Shown here one piece after another: positions 30,920 through 40,544 of a stretch of 64,000 bases of DNA (positions are counted from its first letter, which is position 1; the number at the start of each line of letters is the position of its first letter). The DNA comes from an uncultured bacterium (lineage in GTDB: Bacteria; Acidobacteriota; HRBIN11; JAKEFK01), in the NCBI GenBank assembly GCA_963777505.1, contig CAVZQN010000001.1, positions 480,001 to 544,000 on the forward strand, in the 5' to 3' direction. The position numbers and the translations under genes were made by a program. The notes beneath the pieces were generated by a model. It was not told where the DNA came from. It searched no databases and saw only the letters and a program-made list of their open reading frames with translations.

Positions 30920-31525
30920 ATGACCCGTCAAAAAACTTACCTAATTCTTCTTTGCATATTTTTCGCTGTATTGATCTGGTCCGGAATTAATCCAAAAGGT
31001 TATTTCATCTGGTTTCTGGAAGTCATTCCTGCTGTTCTTGCCTTAATCTTGTTGCTGGCCACATTTAAGCGTTTTGAATTCAGCATGCTCAGTTATGTCT
31101 TAATACTGATCCACTCGATCATCTTAATGGTAGGCGGACATTACACATACGCTGAAGTTCCACTATTTGACAAAATTCGTGATCTGCTTGGCACCGCACG
31201 TAATTCCTATGATGGTGTCGGCCATTTTGCGCAGGGTTTTATTCCGGCGATCATTACGCGCGAAATTTTAATCCGTTCAATGAAGTTGAATAGCCGCAAA
31301 TGGCTTTTCTTTCTTTCTGTTTGTATCCCTCTCGCATTCAGTGCATTTTATGAACTGATTGAATGGTGGGTTGCTATTACGACCGGGGAGGCGGCTGATG
31401 CGTTTCTCGGTGCACAGGGCGATCCATGGGACACTCAAAAGGATATGGCGCTTTGTCTTGCAGGTTCGATCGTTTCACTGTTGCTTTTATCAAAAGCACA
31501 CGATAAGTCCTTACAAAAACTCTAG
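30920..31525 (+). CDS. DUF2238 (YjdF-like) membrane protein
   Basis: WFLE, GGHYTYAEVP, RNSYD..GH, YELIEW, FLG.QGDPWDTQKDM. Confidence 0.88.
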   Translation: MTRQKTYLILLCIFFAVLIWSGINPKGYFIWFLEVIPAVLALILLLATFKRFEFSMLSYVLILIHSIILMVGGHYTYAEVPLFDKIRDLLGTARNSYDGVGHFAQGFIPAIITREILIRSMKLNSRKWLFFLSVCIPLAFSAFYELIEWWVAITTGEAADAFLGAQGDPWDTQKDMALCLAGSIVSLLLLSKAHDKSLQKL

Positions 31526-31591
31526 AGCGACACTGGTCGCACTAAAATTTGGACCTCAGAGCGGCCCGTACCGGAATGCCCGCAGAACTAA

Positions 31592-33391
31592 TTAAACGTC
31601 AAGGCCGACTGATCGCATTAACGCAAGAGCATTGCTTCGTTGTATAACACCTGGCTTCAATTTGTAATCGAATGCAATTTTCCCGTCTTCAATATGATCT
31701 TCAAAATGCATATTCGAGGCCGATGAACCAAGATCATCAACGATTTTAGAAAGTGCAAGATCATGTGTTGTTACAATTCCAATTGCATTTTTTTTCTGCA
31801 AGCCGCGCACAATTGCTTCAGAACCAATCAATCGATCCGCCGAATTTGTTCCATGCAGAATTTCATCAAGCAGATACAAAACGGGAATCGGTCCATTTGC
31901 AAGATCCATAATTTGTTTGATCCGCATAATCTCTGCATAAAATTTTGAATAACCACTTTGAATTGAATCCTGAATGCGAATTGAAGTTCCCAGGGCCAAA
32001 TGGGAGACGCTCATCGATCGTCCGCGTATGGGAGCTCCTGCAAGAGCAAGTACTACATTCGTTCCAATTGTTCGCAAAAACGTACTTTTACCTGACATAT
32101 TTGAGCCGCTCAGAATTAGGATTGATGAAGTATTGCCTAAGGAAAAATCGTTTCGGACGCAGCGATTTCGCGGTAATAATGGATGTCCTGCTTCTTCGAC
32201 TTTCAGCACAGGTGTTTCTTCGGTAATTTCAGGAAATGGGTCTTCGGGATGTTCGTAGGAATAGCAAGAAATCGACAAGAGTGCTTCCATTTCACCGATT
32301 GAATCGATCCAGCTGCGAACAAGATGTCCATTCATACGCCGCCATTCGTCCACGGCGAAGCCAATCTGTGTCCGCCACAACAAAAGACCTGCGAAGGTGG
32401 CGAAATATGGATTGCGTCCCCAATCATAAAATTCAATCAGGCGATTCAATCGACCGATCCGGCGGGATGGCAATTCCCCTTCCGCTGATACCTTGGCCCT
32501 CCAATTTCGGAGTAATTTTGATTCGAAGGATTCTTTTTCAATCCGCGCGAGAATTCCAGACAACAATCGTAATTCCTTCCCTGCCCGTTCCAGCCCAATT
32601 AATGATTCCTTAATTCTTTTCCGGAAGATGGAAGCAAAAATAGCTTCCGCAAAAATCGCAAGAATGAAAAAGAGAGGTCCCGTTTTGAAAGCAATCCACG
32701 CTATGAGTGAAACGAGAGTCAGAATTGTAAGACCCAGACCGATTTTTGCGCCGGCTTGCGGCAATCTCGATAAAGTTTGCTCTGCCCATCGAATAACGAA
32801 ATCGATAGAAGTCGCCTGGCGGGCGGGTCTTAGACTTGCCCCTACTTCAACGATTGCCAGATCTTCGCGGAGGATAACACGATCCCGCAATTCACTAACT
32901 GCTTCTTGACGATCCCGCACAACGTCTCTAGATGCCGCCGTTAAAAGCCATTGCGCAAGAGTATCAATTCCTGAAAGTGTTCTTGCAGTGCAAAGAAGCT
33001 GAAATAAAGATTTCGCACCAAATAAATCCAGGTCCCATGCATACAGATGATTTGAATTCACCTTTACATCGTAAACGGGATCATCTCGTTCCATCCACGT
33101 ATCTTCAATCCGGCTCAATCCACGTTCATAAAACTTAATCGCTAGCGAAGCCTGATCACGAAGCCGCAAAATACGATCGTGTTTAACAACAAGGACAAAA
33201 AACAGAATTGCGGGCAACAGCAGCCATACTGCCGAAAAAAGCGATGCGCCGGCAGATAATCCGAACAAAATTACACCTGAGATAAAAACAATCAATCTTG
33301 CAATTGAAAAAAGTCGTTCTTGAAATTTATAACGATTCAGAACAGTTCCCCAATTTTGAAGACGGGATTGATATTCAGTTGAAGGGTGCAT
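31592..33391 (-). CDS. Membrane-anchored MutS-related protein (ATPase domain V, no mismatch-binding domain)
   Basis: TM hairpins, H.YAWDLDLFG, SGSNMSGKSTFLR, S.FYAE, DEILHGTNS, TTHDL. Confidence 0.88.
   Translation of the reverse strand: MHPSTEYQSRLQNWGTVLNRYKFQERLFSIARLIVFISGVILFGLSAGASLFSAVWLLLPAILFFVLVVKHDRILRLRDQASLAIKFYERGLSRIEDTWMERDDPVYDVKVNSNHLYAWDLDLFGAKSLFQLLCTARTLSGIDTLAQWLLTAASRDVVRDRQEAVSELRDRVILREDLAIVEVGASLRPARQATSIDFVIRWAEQTLSRLPQAGAKIGLGLTILTLVSLIAWIAFKTGPLFFILAIFAEAIFASIFRKRIKESLIGLERAGKELRLLSGILARIEKESFESKLLRNWRAKVSAEGELPSRRIGRLNRLIEFYDWGRNPYFATFAGLLLWRTQIGFAVDEWRRMNGHLVRSWIDSIGEMEALLSISCYSYEHPEDPFPEITEETPVLKVEEAGHPLLPRNRCVRNDFSLGNTSSILILSGSNMSGKSTFLRTIGTNVVLALAGAPIRGRSMSVSHLALGTSIRIQDSIQSGYSKFYAEIMRIKQIMDLANGPIPVLYLLDEILHGTNSADRLIGSEAIVRGLQKKNAIGIVTTHDLALSKIVDDLGSSASNMHFEDHIEDGKIAFDYKLKPGVIQRSNALALMRSVGLDV
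32819..32845 (-). repeat. Family A GTAG-REP inside a coding sequence
   Basis: GTAGGGGCAAGTCTAAGACCCGCCCGC; 24/26 identical to the intergenic copy at 37364-37389. Confidence 0.85.
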
Positions 33392-33418
33392 GATTTTTTA
33401 ACCGCAAAGGAGCAAAGT

Positions 33419-34276
33419 CTATTTCAGAAGTTGAGCAATCACCAGGTTGCCTTCTTTTTCAGCAATAAAAGCAGCTGTGGAGCCATCATCGCTTCGAATC
33501 GCCGGGTCAGCACCTGACTTTAACAGAAAGCGGACAACATCCTCCCGATTGTTTTGGGCTGCAATCATCAGACATGTCCAACCTTTTTGATGTTTTAAGT
33601 TTACGTTAGCGCCTGAGTCAATTAACAGTTTTATGATTTCTAAATTGCCCGCAAGAGAAGCCTCACTGAGTGCGCTCCATCCATCGCCATCAACATAATT
33701 CACATCGGCTTTATCTTCTAACATCCTTTTAACCATCCATGCATCACCTGAAGCAGCCGATAGAATCATGCGGGTTTCTTTGATCCCTTTCACACCTGCT
33801 TCTTCAAACGCTTGCACCAATTCAGCATGACCATTGATCATTGCAATTTCCCAAGCTGGACCTGCAACAGGATCGCGATACTGAGGATCTGCGCCTGCTT
33901 TTAACAGAGCTCGAACTATTTCCGCCTTCCTCTTCAAATGCTTTTGCAGATGCTCATAAGGACCTAATGTGACAGCCTTTAAAAGTGCCGTCCCGTGATT
34001 TTTATCCTTTGCATTCACATCTGCATTTGCTTCAATCAACAGACGTACCATTTCAGCATGCCCATAGTATGCACCGGCCATGAGTGCGGTCCATGCGGTC
34101 ATTGGATGGCGGACATTCACATCAACTCCGCTTTTTAGAAGTGTTTGAATTTCGGAGATATCCCCTTCTGTGGCGGCTTTCAAAAATGCTTCCGCTGAAT
34201 CAGAATTTCTCTCTTTAGCATGAAGCGATTGCAGAATGAACACTGCGCAAAGAAAAAACAGCAGAACTTTCTTCAT
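33419..34276 (-). CDS. Exported ankyrin-repeat protein
   Basis: Signal peptide; TALMAG..G, GADVN-type repeats; TAATG overlap with tpiA. Confidence 0.88.
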   Translation of the reverse strand: MKKVLLFFLCAVFILQSLHAKERNSDSAEAFLKAATEGDISEIQTLLKSGVDVNVRHPMTAWTALMAGAYYGHAEMVRLLIEANADVNAKDKNHGTALLKAVTLGPYEHLQKHLKRKAEIVRALLKAGADPQYRDPVAGPAWEIAMINGHAELVQAFEEAGVKGIKETRMILSAASGDAWMVKRMLEDKADVNYVDGDGWSALSEASLAGNLEIIKLLIDSGANVNLKHQKGWTCLMIAAQNNREDVVRFLLKSGADPAIRSDDGSTAAFIAEKEGNLVIAQLLK

Positions 34277-35040
34277 TAACTATACTTTTCAGCAGTCAGA
34301 ATAATCTTTGCAAACGGATCGGCTTTTAGACTTGCTCCGCCAACGAGCGCGCCATCAATTTCCTCTTCGCGGATAAAACTATCTATGTTTTCTGCATTTA
34401 CGCTTCCACCATATTGAATCCGGATTGCCTGAGCCGTGTTTGCGTCAAACAAAGTTGCCAGCGTGTTTCGAATCATTGTATGGACTTCTACTGCATCGTG
34501 AGGAGTTGCAGCTTTTCCAGTACCGATTGCCCATACTGGCTCATAAGCAATCGTAAATTTCAAAGCCTGATCCAGAGTAAAACCATGCAGACTCTGTTTT
34601 ATCTGCTGCTCAACAATTTGTAGGGCCATTCCCCCTTCACGTTGCTGCAATGTCTCTCCAACACAGACAATTGGAAAAAGATTATGACGTAAAGTAGCTG
34701 TAATCTTGCGGTTCACATCTTCATCAGTTTCCTTAAAGTACTGACGGCGCTCAGAGTGCCCTAAAATAACATAGCGGCATCCCATGTCGTTCAACATTCC
34801 GGCAGAAATTTCACCTGTATATGCGCCCTGATCTTCCCAAAAACAATTTTGCGCACCAAGCTCAATCTTTTTCTCTTTCAACATCTCAGCAGCTACATTT
34901 AAAACTGTGAAAGGTGGAGCAATCATCATCGTAGTTTTTGATATTGATGCAGTTGCATCCAAGAGAGCGTTGATCAGATCACGCGTCTGTTGAATGTTAC
35001 AATTCATTTTCCAGTTGCCGGCTATAAATTTATTTCTCAT
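34276..35040 (-). CDS. tpiA: Triosephosphate isomerase
   Basis: AGNWKMN, GHSERR, AYEPVWAIGTG, YGGSV. Confidence 0.97.
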   Translation of the reverse strand: MRNKFIAGNWKMNCNIQQTRDLINALLDATASISKTTMMIAPPFTVLNVAAEMLKEKKIELGAQNCFWEDQGAYTGEISAGMLNDMGCRYVILGHSERRQYFKETDEDVNRKITATLRHNLFPIVCVGETLQQREGGMALQIVEQQIKQSLHGFTLDQALKFTIAYEPVWAIGTGKAATPHDAVEVHTMIRNTLATLFDANTAQAIRIQYGGSVNAENIDSFIREEEIDGALVGGASLKADPFAKIILTAEKYS

Positions 35041-36220
35041 TTATTTATCCGTTAACACTGCAATACCAGGAAGCTCTTTCCCAGCAAGAAATTCTAAACT
35101 TGCGCCGCCGCCCGTTGAGATATGAGTCATCTTATCTGCGACTCCGGCTTTTTCAACAGCAGATACTGAATCGCCGCCACCAATCACGGTTGTTGCTTTG
35201 CCAGAAAGTGAAGCAAGTGTGATTGCAATTGCATTGGTTCCAGCCAGCAAATGCGCCAACCTCAAAAAGGCCCATCGGACCGTTCCACAAAACGGTCTTC
35301 GCATTTTGTAATTCCTTGGAGTAAGTCTCGCGAGTCACAGGACCAATATCCAGACCCATCCAGCCTCCAAAATCATTTCCTGTTGCAACAATTCGTGTAG
35401 TCATACCCTCTTTCGGTTCTGGCGCCAGCACGTGATCTTGCGGCAACATGATTTCTCCGGAACTATAGAGCTCAGTTGCAAGTCCAAGTTTATCTTCTTC
35501 ACACAACGACTTTCCAATATCAACGCCTTGAGCTTTCAAAAATGTATATGCCATTGCGCCGCCAATCAAAAGACGATCCACTTTTGAAAGCAGTGATTGA
35601 ATGACTTCGATCTTATCGCTGATTTTTGCACCGCCAAGAACTGCAACATAAGGCTTATCGGGATTCTTCAAAAGTTTTCCCAAATACTTCAGTTCTTTTT
35701 CAATCAAGAAGCCGGCAGCACGTTTTTCAAAGTGTTGAGCCATTGCGACTACAGAAGCATCCGCGCGGTGAGCAGTTCCAAAAGCATCACTGCAATAACG
35801 TTCTGCAAGACTGGCAAGTGCTTTTGCGAATTCTGGATCACCTTTCTTCTCGCCTGGATGAAATCTCAAATTCTCCAACAAAAGAACTTCACCTTGCTGA
35901 AGATTGGAAGAGGCTCCTTGCGCTTCCGGTCCAACAATATCTGACGCAAATTTGATTTGCTTTCCAAGAAGTTCGCTCAACCGTTTTACTACAGGCTTCA
36001 AGCTGTATTTTTCTTCAGGCTTGTCTTTGGGTCTTCCAAGGTGTGACCCAAGAATGACTTTTCCACCTTGCTTTATGGCAAATTGAATCGTGGGAACTGC
36101 GGCGCGGATTCTTGTATCGTCTTCGATTTCATTGCGGTCATTTAATGGAACATTGAAGTCAACCCGAATGAAGACACGCTTGTTGTTTATATCGAGATCT
36201 TGAATCGTTAATTTGTTCAT
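35041..36220 (-). CDS. pgk: Phosphoglycerate kinase, frameshift near 35243
   Basis: [27 protein letters not shown]; C-terminal [16 protein letters not shown] in another frame. Confidence 0.95.
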
Positions 36221-37220
36221 AATGATTTGCCACCAATTTTATTAAATCTTTTACACGGCAGGAATATCCCCATTCATTGTCATACCATGCAAGCACTTTC
36301 GCCAGCGTTCCATTCAGAACGGCCGTATATGGACCATCGATTACGGATGAATACGGATTTCCACGATAATCAATGGAAACCAGTGGTTCTTCCGTATACG
36401 ACAGTATACCTTTCATCTCCGTTGCTGCCGCATTCTGAAACGCAGAATTAATTTCCTGAGCCGTTGTACTGTGATTCAGTTGAACAACGACATCTGTTAA
36501 AGATACGTTTGGCGTTGGAACACGCACCGAAATGCCATCAAGTTTTCCACGTAATTCAGGCAAAACCTCTCCTACACCCAGGATCGCCCCCGTGGTTGTT
36601 GGCACCATCGACAGCGTGGCCGCTCTTGCACGACGCAAATCAGTATGTGGCAAGTCAAGGAGTCGTTGATCGTTTGTATAAGAATGCACGGTTGTCATGA
36701 ATCCGTGAAGAATTCCAAAATGATCATTCAAAACTTTCGCAATTGTCGCAAGAGAGTTTGTAGTGCAAGAACTATTCGAAATAATGTGATGCTTTGAAGG
36801 ATCATATAACTCCTGGTTCACTCCCAAACAAATCGTGACATCGGCTCCCTTGGCCGGAGCAGTAACAATAACTTTTTTTGCGCCACCCTCAAGATGCTTC
36901 ATTACGTCTCTGCTGTTCGTGAAGTGACCGGTGCTTTCGATAACCAGATCTACTTTCAAATCGTCCCATGGAATGTTTGCCGGATCTTTTTCAGTGAAAA
37001 TCTGAACTTGATTACTGCCGATTTGGATAGCCTTGCTTGTCGCTATGATATCGATATTCAAACTTCCATGGACCGAATCATATTTAAAAAGATGCGCCAG
37101 AGTTTTGGCGTCTGTAACATCATTGATTGCGACAAAATCAAAATCACTTTCGTTAAGCGATGCACGTAAAATGCTGCGCCCGATCCGTCCAAAACCGTTA
37201 ATTCCAATCCGAATACTCAT
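36159..37220 (-). CDS. gap: Type I glyceraldehyde-3-phosphate dehydrogenase; true stop probably near 36217
   Basis: GINGFGRIGR, SCTTN, RVPTPNVS, WYDNEWGYS. Confidence 0.95.
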   Translation of the reverse strand: MSIRIGINGFGRIGRSILRASLNESDFDFVAINDVTDAKTLAHLFKYDSVHGSLNIDIIATSKAIQIGSNQVQIFTEKDPANIPWDDLKVDLVIESTGHFTNSRDVMKHLEGGAKKVIVTAPAKGADVTICLGVNQELYDPSKHHIISNSSCTTNSLATIAKVLNDHFGILHGFMTTVHSYTNDQRLLDLPHTDLRRARAATLSMVPTTTGAILGVGEVLPELRGKLDGISVRVPTPNVSLTDVVVQLNHSTTAQEINSAFQNAAATEMKGILSYTEEPLVSIDYRGNPYSSVIDGPYTAVLNGTLAKVLAWYDNEWGYSCRVKDLIKLVANHYEQINDSRSRYKQQACLHSG

Positions 37221-37313
37221 ACTGCCTCCGAAACATCAAGAGCCAGTATAGAAATGGACTCCGTTGCAGTAAACGCACAGTTACCTTCATTCATTGCCAA
37301 CACAGAATTGTTT

Positions 37314-37389
37314 GTAGGGGCGGCTCTAAGAGCCGCCCGCATTTTAGGTGAAACAAACAACAACGGGCGGGTCTTAGACCCGCCCCTAC
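37314..37389. repeat. GTAG-type REP doublet (family A)
   Basis: GTAGGGGCGGCTCTAAGAGCCGCCC ... GGGCGGGTCTTAGACCCGCCCCTAC. Confidence 0.88.
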
Positions 37390-37410
37390 AATTAGCGGTA
37401 AAATAACAGT

Positions 37411-38340
37411 ATGTCTACAGCATTACTATTCGACGATATCTATCTCAAACACAATGCCGGAATCCAACATCCTGAAAATCCTCAGCGGTTGCAGGCCATT
37501 CTAAGTGGACTAAAAAAAACAGGTTTGTGGGAACGCCTCGTTCACATTAACCCGTCAGCCGCTTCTGAAGATCAAATTCTGCTTTGCCATACACGCAAAC
37601 ACTTAGAATTTATTCGAGCCGCATCCCTTCGAGGCTCGTATCAAATCGATCCGGATACTCATGTTTCTTCGGAATCATTTGATGCCGCAATGGTTGCAGC
37701 AGGCGCAGCGGTTCGTGCTGTTGATGGAATTATTGCAAAGGAATTCTCAAACGCATTTGCAGTGGTTCGGCCTCCAGGTCATCATGCAACACCGGACCGA
37801 GCTATGGGATTTTGTCTTTTTAACAACATCGCCATTGCTGCAAGATGGCTGATCCAACATCATAAATTAAAACGGGTACTCATTATGGATTGGGATGTGC
37901 ATCATGGAAATGGCACTCAGGATATTTTTTGGAGTGATCCCGCTGTCATCTATATTTCGTTGCATCGAAAATATCACTATCCCGGAACAGGCTGGGAACA
38001 GGAAAGCGGCACCGGAACAGCTGAAGGAACGAAAATCAATTTACCGATCGATAAGCCATCACGATATATGGAATTTTTCCAGGCTGCACTTGAGCGAGCT
38101 GAGAAATTCGAGCCTGAATTTATTCTGATTTCTTGCGGATTTGATGCACACGAAAATGATCCGCTTGGAAACTTAGAATTGAAAAATGAAAATTATGCTG
38201 AAATGACGCGCTTGATGTTTAAATTCGCTAAGAAATTCGGACATCAGAGAGTTTTTTCAATTCTTGAAGGTGGCTATGATTATGACGCTCTTGCTAATGC
38301 AGGCGCAGCACATGTTCAAGTCTTGATGGAACATTCATGA
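37411..38340 (+). CDS. Histone deacetylase-family (Zn) amidohydrolase
   Basis: HPE, RPPGHHA, GFCLFNN, DWDVHHGNGTQ, GFDAH, EGGY. Confidence 0.94.
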   Translation: MSTALLFDDIYLKHNAGIQHPENPQRLQAILSGLKKTGLWERLVHINPSAASEDQILLCHTRKHLEFIRAASLRGSYQIDPDTHVSSESFDAAMVAAGAAVRAVDGIIAKEFSNAFAVVRPPGHHATPDRAMGFCLFNNIAIAARWLIQHHKLKRVLIMDWDVHHGNGTQDIFWSDPAVIYISLHRKYHYPGTGWEQESGTGTAEGTKINLPIDKPSRYMEFFQAALERAEKFEPEFILISCGFDAHENDPLGNLELKNENYAEMTRLMFKFAKKFGHQRVFSILEGGYDYDALANAGAAHVQVLMEHS

Positions 38341-38894
38341 AATTTCCCGCCAGAATATTTGTGATACTTTTACTATTCCCTATCGCGTGCGCAGGAGCGC
38401 GTATGCAAGCAGAAAATTCAGGATTGCCTAAAGAATACTTTCCCTTGAAGACAGGTTTGTATTGGAAGTACCGCTATAGCGGAATGCCACGGCAGCCAGT
38501 AGACGTCGAAATAAGAATTGGTGAAGAGAAAGAAATCAATGGCAAACGCTATTTCCGTTTTTCCACCTGGTTTTTCCTGGTACGAAGTGTTCCATCCGGA
38601 GAAGTCTGGGTAAGCTGGCATGATGGAAGTATTTATGTGTATGACGGCAAAACTGAAATTCGATTGATTGGAAACGGCATCGAACAAGCAGAAATGAAAA
38701 AGAATGATCCAGCAACTCCAGTAGAGATTGAGTCAGGAAAGTTTACCGATGTTGTTCTATTTCAGGATTGCATTGGATGTGCCGATTCAGGCGGCCAATA
38801 TTATTTTGCGCGAGAGAAAGGAATCGTTCTTGTAACAATGAGTGCCATTTGGGGCGCCGCAAAATATGAACTCGTCGAAACGAATGCTCCTTAA
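38337..38894 (+). CDS. Hypothetical exported protein or lipoprotein
   Basis: Hydrophobic N-terminus with IAC; YFPLKTG..W.Y and V...SG.F..YYFA..KGIV beta-rich pattern. Confidence 0.65.
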   Translation: MKFPARIFVILLLFPIACAGARMQAENSGLPKEYFPLKTGLYWKYRYSGMPRQPVDVEIRIGEEKEINGKRYFRFSTWFFLVRSVPSGEVWVSWHDGSIYVYDGKTEIRLIGNGIEQAEMKKNDPATPVEIESGKFTDVVLFQDCIGCADSGGQYYFAREKGIVLVTMSAIWGAAKYELVETNAP

Positions 38895-39690
38895 GACTAC
38901 GCTTGATTCTCTGTATAACGAATACAGAGAGGCGTACATGGGAAGTCCGCAAACTTTTTTCGAACAACGGCGCGATCCTTTGCTCTTTCCTCATCGTTAT
39001 CGCTCATTCCATGATCAGGAACTTGCTGCATTTTTGGCAGCAACCTTTGCTTATGGAAATGTGACAAGCCTTTGCAATTTTGTACAACGGCTACTCGCTG
39101 GTATGGGCGATGCGCCTGCTGCATTTTTGAAGCGCCGGGATGGGCTGGATAAGCTGAAAAAACAGAAGCTCTATTACAGACTTCACAAACAGGACGAGAT
39201 CTTATCGTTGCTTCGAATGCTTTCGCTTGTTTATCGTAATCATGGTTCACTGTATGAAGTATTTCTACCGTACTATAACTGTAGTACTATACAAATTGCG
39301 GCATCAGGATTTACATCCAGGCTGCGGGAAATATCAGGAGAGTCGCATTCATTTCTGATTCCTGATCCTGCTTCAGGCAGCCCTTGTAAACGATTGAACC
39401 TATTTCTGCGTTGGATGGTACGCCGCGATGGATTGGATCTAGGACTGTGGGAAAAAGTGTCCCCCGCTCATTTGGTCATGCCTCTTGATACCCACATCGG
39501 CCGTGTTGCTTTCAATCTGCGGTGGATTTCTACTCGTTCTTTAAGTTGGAAAAAAGCGGAAGCCATTACTGATGTGTTACGGAAATTTGATCCGGATGAT
39601 CCGGTACGATACGACTTTTCGTTGTGTCATGAATCGATGTCAAAAAGCGTTTTGCTGAAGGATCTCACCGCTGAGACGCAAAGAGTCTAA
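38884..39690 (+). CDS. TIGR02757/DUF2400 family protein
   Basis: DP..FPHRY, FAYG, SPCKRLNLFLRWMVR.D..DLGLW, PLDTH, DPDDPVRYDF. Confidence 0.9.
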   Translation: MLLKTTLDSLYNEYREAYMGSPQTFFEQRRDPLLFPHRYRSFHDQELAAFLAATFAYGNVTSLCNFVQRLLAGMGDAPAAFLKRRDGLDKLKKQKLYYRLHKQDEILSLLRMLSLVYRNHGSLYEVFLPYYNCSTIQIAASGFTSRLREISGESHSFLIPDPASGSPCKRLNLFLRWMVRRDGLDLGLWEKVSPAHLVMPLDTHIGRVAFNLRWISTRSLSWKKAEAITDVLRKFDPDDPVRYDFSLCHESMSKSVLLKDLTAETQRV

Positions 39691-40529
39691 TATTCGTAGA
39701 AGCCGCGTTTTGATTTACGGCCAAGATGGCCTGCATCCACCATCTTCTTCAACAACGGACAAGGTCTATATTTCGAATCCGAAAAGCCTTCATACAATAC
39801 GTTCATGATGGCCAGACAAACATCCAGACCGATAAAATCCGCAAGTTCCAGCGGTCCCATCGGATGATTCATCCCAAGCTTCATGACCTGATCGATGGAT
39901 TCGCGAGTTCCAACGCCTTCCCAAAGTGCAAAAATTGCTTCATTAATCATCGGCATCAACACTCGATTCGATACAAACCCCGGATAATCATTGACCTCAA
40001 CCGGGCTCTTACCAAGTTCGCGAGCCAGCGATTCCGTGATCGAATACGTTTCATTGCTCGTTTGATGCCCACGAATCACTTCAACAAGCGGCATCAATGG
40101 CACCGGATTCATGAAATGCATACCGATGCATTTTTCCGGTCTGCCTGTAACCGCTGCGATTTTTGTAATTGAAATCGATGAAGTATTGGATGCCAAAATG
40201 GTTGAAGCTGCTGTGATCTTATCCAGATCCCTGAAAATCAAAGCCTTACCATCGAAATCCTCGATGATTGCTTCGACTACAAATTCTGCTTCAGCCAGTT
40301 CATTCAAAGATTCAGTCCATCGGATACGACTGATGGAATGCTGAGCTTCATCCTGTGTTAGCTGTTTTTTCTCAACCCGTTTTTGAATTAACTTGGCAAT
40401 TTTAGTGATCGCATTTTCTCGCGCAGGCACAAAGCTTTCGAAGGCGAGGACTTCAAATCCTTTTTCTGCAAAGGTCTGAATAATTCCGGAACCCATGGTC
40501 CCGGCACCAACCACACCGATTTTTTTCAT
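39687..40529 (-). CDS. 3-hydroxybutyryl-CoA dehydrogenase
   Basis: GAGTMGSG, ASNTSS, GMHFMNP, HPMGPL. Confidence 0.93.
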   Translation of the reverse strand: MKKIGVVGAGTMGSGIIQTFAEKGFEVLAFESFVPARENAITKIAKLIQKRVEKKQLTQDEAQHSISRIRWTESLNELAEAEFVVEAIIEDFDGKALIFRDLDKITAASTILASNTSSISITKIAAVTGRPEKCIGMHFMNPVPLMPLVEVIRGHQTSNETYSITESLARELGKSPVEVNDYPGFVSNRVLMPMINEAIFALWEGVGTRESIDQVMKLGMNHPMGPLELADFIGLDVCLAIMNVLYEGFSDSKYRPCPLLKKMVDAGHLGRKSKRGFYEY

Positions 40530-40544
40530 TGCTTTTTTAGGAGG

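Noticed and set aside
35230-35260. Programmed frameshift in pgk
   Set aside because: No slippery heptamer; removing one G restores the canonical sequence, consistent with an indel error
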